Position numbers and translations under genes: made by a program. From Pseudomonadota bacterium (lineage in GTDB: Bacteria > Pseudomonadota > Gammaproteobacteria > Burkholderiales > Methylophilaceae): a stretch of 46,400 nt of DNA. The notes below the pieces were generated by a model. The model was given only the letters and a program-made list of their open reading frames with translations, was not told the DNA's origin and ran no database searches. The stretch spans positions 1 through 46,400 of the forward strand of contig JAKPIR010000244.1 in NCBI GenBank assembly GCA_029549705.1. Direction: 5' to 3'. Numbering within the stretch: position 1 is the first letter of the stretch; each line of letters begins with the position of its first letter. Positions 9,404 through 21,876 of this stretch are shown piece by piece.

Positions 9404-9856
9404 TTATTTTTTAGCAGTCGGTGTTCTTTCAGTTAAAAGATAAACGATGTAGTTTGCTTTTTCACCTGCGGTGCAATCTGCGCCTAAGATGTCGTTGCAG
9501 TGTTCAGTAAATTTGTCTTCTACTTTGTCTAGGCTTCTAAAGCGTTTTTTGTTCACTGCTGGGGCAAGCGGCGCAATGGCTTTGCCGGTTACAATGTGTT
9601 TGCCTGCATCGGCCGGGTTGCTGGTGTGGCATGATGCACATGCAGCTTCTTTGCCATCTTTAAGCTTGAATTTACGGTTGTAGAAGGTTTTACCTTCAGC
9701 GACTGATGGTACAAACTCTGGGTTTACTGTTTGTGCAATACCTGTATATTTTTTGGTAAGCACTTCAGCATTGGTAACGTTGCTTGCAGCGTAAGCTTGC
9801 GTTGATAACGCAGCCAAGCCCAAAAACGCAGCTAAAACGATGTTTAATTTTTTCAT
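9404..9856 (-). CDS. Periplasmic monoheme cytochrome c'' (SHP/DUF1924 family)
   Basis: Signal peptide ending in AYA. One CASCH heme motif, a distal His followed by Cys (EHCNDILGADC, probable disulfide) and LAPAVN..RF. Closely resembles my recollection of Methylophilus methylotrophus cytochrome c''. Confidence 0.88.
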   Translation of the reverse strand: MKKLNIVLAAFLGLAALSTQAYAASNVTNAEVLTKKYTGIAQTVNPEFVPSVAEGKTFYNRKFKLKDGKEAACASCHTSNPADAGKHIVTGKAIAPLAPAVNKKRFRSLDKVEDKFTEHCNDILGADCTAGEKANYIVYLLTERTPTAKK

Positions 9857-10058
9857 GTGTTTCTCCGGTTAAAGTTATTTAATAAAAAGGGTAAAGTTAA
9901 ATATTAAAAAAATATGCCAATCTGTTCATTATTATAACATATTCAATCTAAACAAATTTGCGGTAAGTCAAACGTCATTAGGCGAATTCTATGCCAATTT
10001 TGTTAAGAAAGCATGACAGCTTTGTAAATAAATTGTTGATACACGCGGATGTCATAAA

Positions 10059-10074
10059 TGTTTCACGTGAAACA
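10059..10074. promoter_or_regulatory. parS site 3 (upstream of mnmG)
   Basis: Perfect TGTTTCACGTGAAACA, about 22 nt upstream of a candidate ATGACC-17-TAAAAT promoter (10097-10125). Confidence 0.92.
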
Positions 10075-10173
10075 TCAACTTAAAACAAGGTTTTACATGA
10101 CCTTAGCGACAGATTGCGTTAAAATTTCACTTCTTTGCGCTTTACGGCATTTTTGACGAAAACCTGAATTTTA

Positions 10174-12090
10174 ATGATGAATTACCAAGATAATTTTGAT
10201 GTGATTGTGGTGGGCGGCGGCCATGCAGGCACCGAAGCGGCGCTGGCTGCGGCCCGTATGGGGCAAAAAACGCTTTTGCTCACCCACAACATTGAAACTT
10301 TGGGCCAAATGTCGTGCAACCCAAGCATTGGCGGTATTGGTAAAGGCCATTTGGTGAAAGAGGTGGATGCGCTAGGCGGCGCGATGGCGGCGGCTACGGA
10401 TATTGGCGGTATTCAATTTAGAATTTTAAATTCAAGCAAAGGCCCGGCGGTGCGCGCCACACGTGCGCAGGCCGATAGAATTTTGTACAAGGCGGCAATT
10501 CGCCATCAGCTTGAAAATCAGCCAAATTTGTGGCTGTTTCAGCAGGCGGTGGATGACATTATTTTAGAGGGCGAGCGCGTTGTTGGCGTGGTGACGCAAA
10601 TCGGTTTGCGGTTCAAGGCAAAATCTGTGGTGCTGACCGCAGGCACGTTTTTGGGTGGTTTGGTGCATGTGGGGTTGCAAAACTATAGCGCCGGCCGTGC
10701 GGGCGACCCGCCTTCTATTTCTTTGGCGGCGCGTTTACGTGAGCTTCATTTGCCAGCAGGCAGGTTAAAAACTGGCACGCCGCCACGCATTGATGGCCGC
10801 ACCATTGATTATTCAGTGATGACGATTCAGCCGGGTGATGACCCTGTGCCGGTATTTTCATTTTTAGGGAATGCCGCGCAGCACCCCGCTCAACTGCCCT
10901 GCTGGATTACGCATACGAATGAACGCACGCATGAAATTATTCGTAGTGGCTTAGACCGCTCGCCCATGTACACAGGCGTGATTGAAGGCGTGGGCCCGCG
11001 CTATTGCCCAAGCGTGGAAGATAAAATTCATCGTTTTGCCGATAAAGAATCGCACCAAATATTTTTAGAACCCGAAGGCTTGAACACCAATGAGATTTAC
11101 CCAAATGGTATTTCAACCAGTTTGCCGTTTGATATTCAGCTGGCGCTGGTGCGCTCGGTACGTGGTTTAGAAAACGCACATATTTTGCGCCCGGGCTATG
11201 CGATTGAGTATGATTATTACGACCCGCGCGGTTTGAAATCAAGTTTGGAAACCAAAGCGATTCAAGGCCTGTTTTTTGCGGGGCAAATTAACGGCACCAC
11301 GGGCTATGAAGAGGCCGCCGCACAAGGGTTGCTGGCAGGTGCGAATGCCGCCCTATTTGCACAAGAAAAAGAAGCCTGGTGCCCTGCGCGCGATGAAGCT
11401 TATTTGGGCGTGCTGGTGGATGACTTGGTCACCAACGGCGTGACCGAGCCGTACCGTATGTTTACCAGCCGCGCAGAGTATCGACTGCAGCTGAGAGAAG
11501 ATAACGCCGATATGCGCCTTACCGCCAAAGGCCGTGAACTTGGGCTGGTAGATGATGTGCGCTGGGAAGCGTTTAGCCGCAAACAAGAAGCGGTGGCGCG
11601 CGAGCAGGCGCGCTTGAAAAAAACTTTTGTGCAGCCGGCAAATGTTTCACGTGAAACACAATTGGCGGTGCTGGGCAAAGAAATTGACCACGAATACAGC
11701 CTATTTGAATTGCTCCGCCGCCCTGAAGTGACTTATGAAGCCTTGCTCACTTTAGGTGAATTGGGTTTGGGCGAGCTTGCGCCAGAAGTGCGCGAGCAAG
11801 TGGAAATTGCCGCGAAATATCAAGGCTATATTGACCGCCAATTCGACGAGGTAGCGCGTAGTCGTGGCCAAGAAAACACAAAATTGCCGGCGGATTTGGA
11901 TTATCGTGAAATTCACGGCCTGCCGATTGAGGCGCAACAAAAGCTTAACGCGCAAAAGCCCGAAACAATTGGTCAGGCCAGCCGTATTTCAGGTATTACG
12001 CCAGCGGCAATCTCATTGTTGCTGGTGTATTTAAAGCGTAAATCGCGCAGTAAAGCCATAGCGCTCAAAGATTCAGAAAAAGCCGCATGA
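10174..12090 (+). CDS. mnmG: tRNA uridine 5-carboxymethylaminomethyl modification enzyme MnmG (GidA)
   Basis: [15 protein letters not shown] motif, [33 protein letters not shown]. Confidence 0.99.
   Translation: MMNYQDNFDVIVVGGGHAGTEAALAAARMGQKTLLLTHNIETLGQMSCNPSIGGIGKGHLVKEVDALGGAMAAATDIGGIQFRILNSSKGPAVRATRAQADRILYKAAIRHQLENQPNLWLFQQAVDDIILEGERVVGVVTQIGLRFKAKSVVLTAGTFLGGLVHVGLQNYSAGRAGDPPSISLAARLRELHLPAGRLKTGTPPRIDGRTIDYSVMTIQPGDDPVPVFSFLGNAAQHPAQLPCWITHTNERTHEIIRSGLDRSPMYTGVIEGVGPRYCPSVEDKIHRFADKESHQIFLEPEGLNTNEIYPNGISTSLPFDIQLALVRSVRGLENAHILRPGYAIEYDYYDPRGLKSSLETKAIQGLFFAGQINGTTGYEEAAAQGLLAGANAALFAQEKEAWCPARDEAYLGVLVDDLVTNGVTEPYRMFTSRAEYRLQLREDNADMRLTAKGRELGLVDDVRWEAFSRKQEAVAREQARLKKTFVQPANVSRETQLAVLGKEIDHEYSLFELLRRPEVTYEALLTLGELGLGELAPEVREQVEIAAKYQGYIDRQFDEVARSRGQENTKLPADLDYREIHGLPIEAQQKLNAQKPETIGQASRISGITPAAISLLLVYLKRKSRSKAIALKDSEKAA
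11643..11658. promoter_or_regulatory. parS site 4 (inside mnmG)
   Basis: Perfect TGTTTCACGTGAAACA. Confidence 0.92.
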
Positions 12091-12707
12091 CGCCAGAAGC
12101 TGTTTTAACAGCTGGATTGGCTGAAATGAATATAGAGGTAACGCCTACTGCCAAGCAACAATTGCTGGCCTATTTGGCGTTATTACAAAAATGGAACAAA
12201 GTATATAACCTCACTGCCGTGCGCGACCCGGTGGACATGGTCACCTTGCATTTATTAGATAGCCTGAGCGTGTTGCCGTATATTAAAACGGGCAAAATGC
12301 TGGATGTTGGTAGTGGTGGCGGCTTGCCAGGCATAGTAATGGCAATTATGAAGCCGGATTTGCAGGTAACCACGATAGACACCGTGCAAAAAAAAGCCAT
12401 TTTTATGCGCCAAGTTAAGGGCGAGCTCGGTTTAACAAATCTTGAAGTGGTGCATGCGCGGGTTGAGCGGTATCAGCCAGCAGAGAAGTTTGATGTGATT
12501 ATCTCGCGCGCATTTTCTGAAATTGGTTTGCTGATTAAGCTCACGCAGCACTTATTGGCACCGCACGGGCAATGGCTTGCAATGAAAGGCGTTGTGCCGC
12601 ACCATGAGTTTGAGGGTTTGAATATTCAACCTAAAGAAATTATCCCGCTCAAAGTGGCGGGTTTGCAAGCCGAGCGACATTTGGTAGTTATTGAGAGTAA
12701 CGCATGA
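12087..12707 (+). CDS. rsmG: 16S rRNA m7G527 methyltransferase RsmG (GidB)
   Basis: [31 protein letters not shown]. Confidence 0.98.
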   Translation: MTPEAVLTAGLAEMNIEVTPTAKQQLLAYLALLQKWNKVYNLTAVRDPVDMVTLHLLDSLSVLPYIKTGKMLDVGSGGGLPGIVMAIMKPDLQVTTIDTVQKKAIFMRQVKGELGLTNLEVVHARVERYQPAEKFDVIISRAFSEIGLLIKLTQHLLAPHGQWLAMKGVVPHHEFEGLNIQPKEIIPLKVAGLQAERHLVVIESNA

Positions 12708-13504
12708 AAATTTTAGCAATCACAAATCAAAAAGGCGGCGTGGGCAAAACAACCACATGCGTAAATTTGGCGGCCAGTTTGGCAAGTTTAGATAAGCGCG
12801 TACTGCTAATTGATCTTGACCCGCAAGGCAACGCCAGCACCGGCAGCGGCATAGATAAGGCGCATTTAAAACATAGCATTTATCACGTTTTGATTGGTGA
12901 AAAATCGCTTAAAGATGTGGTGCTACGTAGCGAAAAAGGCGGTTATGACGTGGCGCCATCTAATCGAGATTTGGCGGGCGCAGAGGTTGAACTGGTGCAT
13001 GAAATTGCCCGTGAAATGCGTCTTAAGCATGCCATTGCAAAATTAAAAGACTTTTATGACTTTGTGTTGCTCGATTGCCCCCCTGCCCTCAATTTGGTCA
13101 CGGTGAATGCGCTTACGGCCGCCAATGCTGTGATGATTCCAATGCAGTGTGAATATTACGCCTTAGAAGGCTTATCTGATTTGGTCAATACCATCAAAAA
13201 GGTGCGTGCGCATTTAAACCCCACACTGGAAATAGAAGGCTTACTGCGTACCTTATTCGATCATCGCAATATGCTGGCGAATCAAGTGTCTTCCCAATTG
13301 ATTAGCCACTTTGGCAATAAAGTCTATAAAACCATCATACCGCGCAACATTCGTTTAGCCGAAGCGCCAAGCTACGGCCTGCCGGTGCTCAATTACGATA
13401 AAAACTCAAAAGGCGCACAGGCTTACATTGAGTTGGCACGTGAAATAGTTAGCCAAAGTAAACAGGCTCAGGAAAATATCAAAAAAGAGGTAAATCATGG
13501 CTAA
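12704..13504 (+). CDS. parA: Chromosome partitioning ATPase ParA (Soj)
   Basis: NQKGGVGKTTT deviant Walker A, DLDPQGNA, DCPP, IPRNIRLAEAPSYG. Confidence 0.98.
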   Translation: MKILAITNQKGGVGKTTTCVNLAASLASLDKRVLLIDLDPQGNASTGSGIDKAHLKHSIYHVLIGEKSLKDVVLRSEKGGYDVAPSNRDLAGAEVELVHEIAREMRLKHAIAKLKDFYDFVLLDCPPALNLVTVNALTAANAVMIPMQCEYYALEGLSDLVNTIKKVRAHLNPTLEIEGLLRTLFDHRNMLANQVSSQLISHFGNKVYKTIIPRNIRLAEAPSYGLPVLNYDKNSKGAQAYIELAREIVSQSKQAQENIKKEVNHG

Positions 13505-14372
13505 GTTAAAAGGGTTAGGCAGAGGGTTAGACGCCCTGTTGGCGGGCGATATGGGCACAGTGGGCGAAGCTGACTCACTCATGATGCTTAAAGTTGAACA
13601 GTTGCGCCCAGGAAAATACCAGCCACGTAGCTATATGGATGATGCCGCCCTGCAGACCTTGGCAGCTTCTATTCAAGCACAGGGCATTATGCAGCCTATT
13701 TTGGTGCGTCAATTGTCAGATGAGCAATATGAAATTATTGCGGGCGAACGCCGTTGGCGCGCAAGTCAAATTGCAGGTTTGAGTGAAGTGCCAGTATTAG
13801 TGCGAGAAATAGCCGATGAAGCCGCGCTCGCAATGGCCTTAATTGAAAATATTCAGCGTGAAAATTTAAATCCATTAGAAGAGGCGCTGGGGATTAAGCG
13901 CTTGATTGATGAATTTGCCATGACGCATGAAAAAGCCGCTGAAGCGGTTGGACGCACGCGAGTGACGGTTTCTAATTTGTTACGCTTGTTAACGTTGAGC
14001 GCGCCAGTGCAAGAAATGTTGATGCAGTCAAAGTTAGATATGGGGCATGCGCGCGCCTTGATAGGTTTGACAGGCGCGCAACAAATCATGCTAGCTGAAA
14101 AAATTATACAAGACGATTTATCGGTGCGTGAAGTTGAAAGCTTAGTCAAAAAAACGATGGCTGATTCCAGGGATAGTTCTGAAAAAAACAAATCAAAACA
14201 ACAGGTTAAACCTTCATCCAGTAAAGATGTATTAAGGCTTCAAGAAACCTTGAGTGATCAATTGGGCGCGTCTGTGAGCATCAAAGCCAAAGCCAATGGT
14301 GCAGGCATATTAAAAATCAATTACGCGAGTTTAGATCAACTGGATGAGATTATTGCAAAAATTACACGCTAG
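13497..14372 (+). CDS. parB: Chromosome partitioning protein ParB (Spo0J)
   Basis: KGLGRGLDALL, YQPR, IIAGERRWRA, ENIQRENLNPLEEA and an HTH. Confidence 0.98.
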   Translation: MAKLKGLGRGLDALLAGDMGTVGEADSLMMLKVEQLRPGKYQPRSYMDDAALQTLAASIQAQGIMQPILVRQLSDEQYEIIAGERRWRASQIAGLSEVPVLVREIADEAALAMALIENIQRENLNPLEEALGIKRLIDEFAMTHEKAAEAVGRTRVTVSNLLRLLTLSAPVQEMLMQSKLDMGHARALIGLTGAQQIMLAEKIIQDDLSVREVESLVKKTMADSRDSSEKNKSKQQVKPSSSKDVLRLQETLSDQLGASVSIKAKANGAGILKINYASLDQLDEIIAKITR

Positions 14373-14454
14373 CAATACAAAGTTAGTGAATTGGATAATG
14401 GTGCTAAGTGGTTAATTTTGCGTAAACTATATGCAAAACAGTTGCACTTAAGCC

Positions 14455-14483
14455 TTGACTAAAAAGCGGTAATAATTCAAAAT
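14455..14483 (+). promoter_or_regulatory. Putative sigma70 promoter of the atp operon
   Basis: TTGACT, 17 nt, CAAAAT, followed by GC-rich CGCGG. Confidence 0.6.
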
Positions 14484-14564
14484 CGCGGTCTTTGCTACAA
14501 AAACAATGTAAAAGAACGTAAAAACAGCAAAAATTTCAGCATTTAAATAACTGGGTTTAAGCAA

Positions 14565-14939
14565 TTGTCAACATCCAACACGTCTGATGTCTTTAGCAAA
14601 ATGCTTAAAATTCAATTGATTGCAACATTTGCGGTGGCAATAGTTGCAATCTTGGTTTCAGGTTTAAATGCAAGTATTTCGGCGCTGCTCGGTGGCGCTA
14701 GCGTGATGATAGGTGCGATAGCGGCAGCCAAGATAGCGCAACGAGGCGCAAGTAAACAAGATCCAACGGCTGTTTTAGTCAATTTGCTAAAAGCCGAAGC
14801 GGTAAAAATTTTAGTGATTGTCGTCTTATTGGCAATCATTTTTAATGCCTATCAACAATTAGTGCCATTTGCGCTAATTGCAGGTTTAGCCGCTGCTGCT
14901 CTGTTTTCAGGCGCGGCACTAAGCAGGTTAAAAGTGTAA
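14565..14939 (+). CDS. atpI: ATP synthase protein I
   Basis: Four hydrophobic helices with an E-x-x-K motif (AEAVKI); immediately upstream of atpB. The TTG start is uncertain. Confidence 0.85.
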   Translation: MSTSNTSDVFSKMLKIQLIATFAVAIVAILVSGLNASISALLGGASVMIGAIAAAKIAQRGASKQDPTAVLVNLLKAEAVKILVIVVLLAIIFNAYQQLVPFALIAGLAAAALFSGAALSRLKV

Positions 14940-14971
14940 TTTAAACGAATTTCATAAAGTAAAATTAGATT

Positions 14972-15823
14972 ATGGCTACAGAACACGCAGATAACGCACA
15001 GCATGCCGAGCAGGCACTAACGCCTTCAGGTTATATTGAACATCACCTAAGCTTTAATGCGCATGGCGTAAATGGTAATGTTACTGACCAAGGTTTTTGG
15101 GTGTTGCATTACGACACATTGATTATGTCAGTGGCGCTAGGCTTTTTGGTGATGGGCCTTGTTTGGCTGGTTGCGCGTAAAGCGTCAGCTGGCGTGCCAA
15201 CAAAAGCGCAAGCATTTGTAGAGCTGGTATTTGGATTTATTGATGACCAGGTTAAGAATATTTTCCACGGTAATCGTCATAGCTTCATCGCGCCAACGGC
15301 TTTAACGGTGTTTTTGTGGGTGTTTGCCATGAACTCCATGGACTTTTTGCCGGTTGACTGGGTTGCAGGTATTGTTTCATTTTTCGGTGGCGCACATGCA
15401 AAATGGCGCGCAGTCCCTACTTCAGATATCAATACAACTTTTGCGCTGGCGCTGGCGGTTTGGTTTTTGATGATTTATTTCTCTATTAAAGTCAAAGGGT
15501 TGGGTGGCTGGTTACACGAATTGTTCTGCTCACCATTTGGCACCAAAATCTGGGTATGGCCAGCCAACTTCTTATTTAATCTGATTGAATACGTTTCAAA
15601 ACCACTTTCACATTCATTGCGGTTGTTTGGCAATATGTATGCAGGTGAGGTGATTTTCTTATTGCTCGGCCTTTGGGCAGCAACGGGCGTTTCTGGGACT
15701 ATTTTTGGTGCAATTTTAGGTGCTGGTTGGTCAATCTTCCACATTTTAATCGTTGCATTGCAGGCCTTTATTTTCATGATGCTAACGGTGGTTTATTTGG
15801 CAATGGCGCATGAGTCGCATTAA
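14972..15823 (+). CDS. atpB: F0F1 ATP synthase subunit a
   Basis: [34 protein letters not shown]. Confidence 0.98.
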   Translation: MATEHADNAQHAEQALTPSGYIEHHLSFNAHGVNGNVTDQGFWVLHYDTLIMSVALGFLVMGLVWLVARKASAGVPTKAQAFVELVFGFIDDQVKNIFHGNRHSFIAPTALTVFLWVFAMNSMDFLPVDWVAGIVSFFGGAHAKWRAVPTSDINTTFALALAVWFLMIYFSIKVKGLGGWLHELFCSPFGTKIWVWPANFLFNLIEYVSKPLSHSLRLFGNMYAGEVIFLLLGLWAATGVSGTIFGAILGAGWSIFHILIVALQAFIFMMLTVVYLAMAHESH

Positions 15824-15869
15824 GTTTTTGGTTGTTTTGTAGTTTAGTTGTAAGTTTAAGTTGTTTTAG

Positions 15870-16160
<291 letters not shown>

Positions 16161-16228
16161 TTTAGCCTCATAGTTTGGATGCTAGTAAATCTAGCCCAAA
16201 TGAAACGACTTAAATATTGGAGTAAGTA

Positions 16229-16699
16229 ATGAATATTAACTTTACACTTGTCGCACAGGCGTTGGCGTTTGCAACGCTGATTTGGTTTACTGTGAAATTT
16301 GTATGGCCGCCATTGCTAAATGCAATCGAAACACGCCAAAAAGAAATTGCTGATGGGTTGGCTGCAGCATCTGAAGGCAGAAGCGCCTTAGAGGTGGCAG
16401 CAAAAAAATCAGAAGTGACCATCAATGAAGCGAAACAAAAGGCTAGTGAAATCATTGGCCAGGCTGAAAAGCGCGCGAGTCAAATTGTTGAAGAAGCTAA
16501 AGGAAACGCCAAGGTTGAAGGTGACCGTATTTTGGCAGGTGCTAAAGCTGAAATTGACCAAGAAGTGAACCGTGCGAAAGAAGGCTTGCGTGCTCAAGTT
16601 TCTAGCTTGGCAATTGCGGGTGCAGAAAAAATCTTACGTAAAGAAATTGACGCAAAAGCGCATAGCGAGATGCTTTCTAAACTAGCGGCTGAACTTTAA
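16229..16699 (+). CDS. atpF: F0F1 ATP synthase subunit b
   Basis: [23 protein letters not shown] followed by a coiled coil. Confidence 0.98.
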   Translation: MNINFTLVAQALAFATLIWFTVKFVWPPLLNAIETRQKEIADGLAAASEGRSALEVAAKKSEVTINEAKQKASEIIGQAEKRASQIVEEAKGNAKVEGDRILAGAKAEIDQEVNRAKEGLRAQVSSLAIAGAEKILRKEIDAKAHSEMLSKLAAEL

Positions 16700-16708
16700 G
16701 GATAAGAC

Positions 16709-17245
16709 ATGGCGGAAATATCAACCATCGCTAGGCCCTATGCAGTAGCGGCTTACAAACTGGCTAAAGAGCAAAAAGCGCTGGCTAAATGGTCTGAAAT
16801 GTTGGGTTTTGCCACTGCAGTTGCTAGTAATGCCCAGATGCAAGCCTATATTCAAGACCCAAAAGTGGTGAGTAGCGATTTGCAGGCAGCATTTTTAAAA
16901 GTTTGTGGTGAAAAGCTCAATGAAAATGCACAAAATTTGATTAAGGTGCTGGTTGAATACGGCCGCTTATCTATCCTGCCAGAAATTACGAGTGCTTTTG
17001 AAGAACTAAAAGCCCAAGATGAAGGTGTGCTGGATGCTCAAATCATTGCGGCAGCGAAAATTAGCGATAAAGAAGTAAAAGACTTGGTAGGACGCCTTGA
17101 AACCAAATTCGGTAAAAAAATTACAGCCAGTGTTACTGTAGATCCGGAAATTATAGGCGGTATAAAAATTGTTGTTGGCGATACTGTAATAGACGCATCT
17201 GTTAAAGGTCAGTTACAAAATTTAGCCTACGCACTCACAGCATAA
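16709..17245 (+). CDS. atpH: F0F1 ATP synthase subunit delta
   Basis: TIARPYA, IIGGIKIVVGDTVIDASV. Confidence 0.98.
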   Translation: MAEISTIARPYAVAAYKLAKEQKALAKWSEMLGFATAVASNAQMQAYIQDPKVVSSDLQAAFLKVCGEKLNENAQNLIKVLVEYGRLSILPEITSAFEELKAQDEGVLDAQIIAAAKISDKEVKDLVGRLETKFGKKITASVTVDPEIIGGIKIVVGDTVIDASVKGQLQNLAYALTA

Positions 17246-17296
17246 GGCGCTTAAGCTTACTTTAAGCTAGGGCAGAAAAAATTATAGGAGTTTGGA

Positions 17297-18838
17297 ATGC
17301 AGTTATCTACATCAGAAATCAGTGAACTGATTAAAAGCAGATTAGAAAATTTTTCTACAAGTGCTGAAGCGCGTACACAAGGTACGGTCATTTCAGTAAC
17401 GGACGGTATCGTTCGTATTCACGGCCTATCCAATGTGATGGCGGGTGAGATGATCGAGTTCCCAGGCAATACGTTCGGCCTAGCGCTTAATCTTGAGCGT
17501 GATTCAGTGGGTGCTGTAGTTTTGGGTGATTACGAGCACATTACCGAAGGCGATATTTGTAAATGTACTGGCCGTATTTTGGAAGTTCCAGTCGGTCCAG
17601 AGTTGATTGGTCGTGTGGTGAATGCGCTAGGTCAGCCAATCGATGGTAAAGGCCCGGTTAATGCGAAGTTAACCGACAAAATTGAGAAAGTTGCTCCTGG
17701 TGTGATTGCGCGTAAATCGGTGTCACAACCAGTGCAAACCGGTTTGAAATCTGTTGACTCAATGGTGCCGGTTGGCCGTGGTCAACGTGAGTTGATTATT
17801 GGCGATCGTCAAACAGGTAAAACTGCGGTTGCTGTGGATGCCATTATTAACCAAAAAGGTCAAAATATGACCTGTATCTATGTAGCGATTGGTCAAAAAG
17901 CTTCAACCATCGCTAACGTAGTACGCAAGCTCGAAGAAAATGGCGCATTAGCTTATACCATTGTAGTCGCTGCTGCTGCTTCTGATTCAGCTGCCTTACA
18001 ATTCTTGGCGCCGTATGCTGGCTGCACCATGGGCGAATACTTCCGTGACCGTGGTGAAGATGCATTGATTGTTTATGATGATTTGACCAAGCAAGCGATT
18101 GCTTACCGTCAAATTTCATTGCTATTACGCCGTCCACCAGGCCGTGAAGCGTACCCAGGTGATGTGTTCTACATCCACTCACGCTTGCTAGAGCGCGCTG
18201 CTCGCGTGAATGAAGAGTATGTAGAGAAATTTACAGAAGGTAAAGTTAAAGGTAAAACAGGTTCATTGACTGCGTTGCCAGTGATTGAAACTGCGGCGGG
18301 TGACGTTTCTGCATTCGTTCCAACGAACGTAATTTCTATTACCGATGGCCAAATCTTCTTGGAAACGGACTTATTTAACGCAGGTATTCGTCCAGCGATT
18401 AACGCCGGTATTTCCGTGTCTCGCGTAGGTGGTGCAGCGCAAACTAAAGTGATTAAGAAATTGGGTGGCGGTGTACGTTTGGCTTTGGCGCAATACCGTG
18501 AATTGGCTGCGTTTGCGCAGTTTGCTTCTGATTTGGATGAGGCAACCCGTAAACAGTTGGATCGTGGTCGCATGTTTACTGAGTTGATGAAACAAGCACA
18601 ATATGCGCCTTTAAGCGTATCAAACATGGCCATTACATTGTTTGCAGCGAACAAAGGCTATTTTGATGATGTGCCAACAAACAAAGTCTTAGCTTTTGAA
18701 GGCAAATTGCATGGTTTTATCGCTTCAAAATACAAAGCCGTAGCTGATGCGATTGAAACAAGTAAAGATTTAAGCGCAGATAACGAAAAAGCATTAGAAG
18801 CTGCAATTATAGACTTTAAAGCAACTACAGCTTACTAA
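17297..18838 (+). CDS. atpA: F0F1 ATP synthase subunit alpha
   Basis: [21 protein letters not shown]; 513 aa. Confidence 0.99.
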   Translation: MQLSTSEISELIKSRLENFSTSAEARTQGTVISVTDGIVRIHGLSNVMAGEMIEFPGNTFGLALNLERDSVGAVVLGDYEHITEGDICKCTGRILEVPVGPELIGRVVNALGQPIDGKGPVNAKLTDKIEKVAPGVIARKSVSQPVQTGLKSVDSMVPVGRGQRELIIGDRQTGKTAVAVDAIINQKGQNMTCIYVAIGQKASTIANVVRKLEENGALAYTIVVAAAASDSAALQFLAPYAGCTMGEYFRDRGEDALIVYDDLTKQAIAYRQISLLLRRPPGREAYPGDVFYIHSRLLERAARVNEEYVEKFTEGKVKGKTGSLTALPVIETAAGDVSAFVPTNVISITDGQIFLETDLFNAGIRPAINAGISVSRVGGAAQTKVIKKLGGGVRLALAQYRELAAFAQFASDLDEATRKQLDRGRMFTELMKQAQYAPLSVSNMAITLFAANKGYFDDVPTNKVLAFEGKLHGFIASKYKAVADAIETSKDLSADNEKALEAAIIDFKATTAY

Positions 18839-18874
18839 TTCTGACTATTAAGACAATACTGTTTAGGAAAACAT

Positions 18875-19813
18875 ATGGCTGGTAGTAAAGAAATTAGAAC
18901 CAAGATCAAAAGTGTAGAAAATACACGTAAGATCACCAAGGCGATGGAAATGGTGGCCGCTTCTAAAATGCGTAAAGCGCAAGATAGAATGCGTGCGAGC
19001 CGCCCGTATGCTGAAAAAATTCGTAACGTAGCGGCCCACTTATCACTGGCGCATTCTGAATATAAGCATCCTTTCTTAGTAAAGCGTGAAGATGTTAAGA
19101 ATGTCGGAATTATTGTCGTCAGTTCTGACAAAGGCCTTTGCGGCGGTTTAAATACCAATGTGTTGCGCTTAACAGTGAATCAGATGAAAAGCTGGGAAGC
19201 TGAAGGTAAGAAATTGTCAGTAAGCGCGATTGGTAATAAAGGCTACAGTTTTATGAACCGTGTGGGTGCGAATGTGCAATCACACATCACGGGTTTAGGT
19301 GACGTACCGCACTTGGAAACGCTGATTGGGACAATAAAGGTCATGCTTGATGCTTATACCTCGGGTCAGATAGACCAGTTGTATATTTGCTATACAAAAT
19401 TTATTAACACGATGAAGCAAGAGCCGGTCATTGAGCAGTTACTGCCGCTTACTAGTGAGCGTTTAGGTGTAGAAGTAGCTGCTGAAAAAGTTGAGGCGTT
19501 AACGACCAGCGGTGTGGTGAAGAGCGCATTGCAAATAGGCGCGGCAAAAGGTCATTGGGATTATATTTATGAGCCTGAGGCAAAGCCCGTGATTGACCAA
19601 CTGATGGTACGCTATATTGAATCCTTGGTCTATAACGCGGTGTCAGAAAATATGGCGTCAGAGCAATCATCACGGATGGTCGCCATGAAATCTGCGTCTG
19701 ATAATGCTAAAAATGTTATCGGTGAGCTTAAATTGGTTTATAACAAAGCACGTCAAGCTGCAATTACAAAAGAAATCTCCGAAATTGTTGGTGGCGCAGC
19801 TGCGGTATCGTAG
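18875..19813 (+). CDS. atpG: F0F1 ATP synthase subunit gamma (with an internal insertion)
   Basis: [42 protein letters not shown]. Confidence 0.99.
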   Translation: MAGSKEIRTKIKSVENTRKITKAMEMVAASKMRKAQDRMRASRPYAEKIRNVAAHLSLAHSEYKHPFLVKREDVKNVGIIVVSSDKGLCGGLNTNVLRLTVNQMKSWEAEGKKLSVSAIGNKGYSFMNRVGANVQSHITGLGDVPHLETLIGTIKVMLDAYTSGQIDQLYICYTKFINTMKQEPVIEQLLPLTSERLGVEVAAEKVEALTTSGVVKSALQIGAAKGHWDYIYEPEAKPVIDQLMVRYIESLVYNAVSENMASEQSSRMVAMKSASDNAKNVIGELKLVYNKARQAAITKEISEIVGGAAAVS

Positions 19814-19867
19814 TTCGCAACTTAATAAAGTATTTAATTAAATCTGACTAAAAGAAGTTAGGAATAG

Positions 19868-21307
<1,440 letters not shown>

Positions 21308-21348
21308 TTTCTATTGTTAGTTATTGGTTAAATGTTTAAGGAAAAATT

Positions 21349-21774
21349 ATGGCGAATACTGTTCATATTGATGTGGTGAGTGCAGAGGCAAGCATATTTT
21401 CAGGTGAAGCTGAATTTGTTGTGGCCCCTGCAAGCGGTGGTGAAGTGGGTTTATACCCTAATCACGCGCCGTTAGTGACAACTATCAAATCAGGTGCCCT
21501 GCGCATCAAGCAAGCGAATGAAGCTCAAGAAACGCTCATCTTTATCTCGGGAGGATTACTGGAAGTGCAGCCTGGCATAATCACGGTACTGGCTGATACC
21601 GCAGTACGTGGCCATGATTTGGACGAAGCAAAGGCGATTGCTGCGAAAGAGGCGGCGGAAGAAGCACTTAAAAATAGAACTTCAGATATCGACTATGCCT
21701 CTGCCCAAGCTGAGCTATCAGAGGCGCTTGCGCAAATTCAAACGATCGAACGCCTGCGCAAAAGCACACACTAA
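21349..21774 (+). CDS. atpC: F0F1 ATP synthase subunit epsilon
   Basis: DVVSAE, GEVGLYPNHAPL, SGGLLEVQP. Confidence 0.98.
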   Translation: MANTVHIDVVSAEASIFSGEAEFVVAPASGGEVGLYPNHAPLVTTIKSGALRIKQANEAQETLIFISGGLLEVQPGIITVLADTAVRGHDLDEAKAIAAKEAAEEALKNRTSDIDYASAQAELSEALAQIQTIERLRKSTH

Positions 21775-21807
21775 TATCACGAATATTAGTGCAATTGCGA
21801 CAATACT

Positions 21808-21834
21808 AAAAAGGCAGCCTAGGTTGCCTTTTTT
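21808..21834 (+). terminator. Intrinsic terminator after atpC
   Basis: AAAAAGGCAGCC-ta-GGTTGCCTTTTTT. Confidence 0.85.
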
Positions 21835-21876
21835 GTTATACTTAAGCCAACAATATACATCAGTTATCAATTCAAT

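Noticed and set aside
10022-10032. TTGTAAATAAA, identical to the repeat's loop, upstream of mnmG
   Set aside because: It has no arms or flanks, and an AT-rich 11-mer can occur by chance in AT-rich intergenic DNA.
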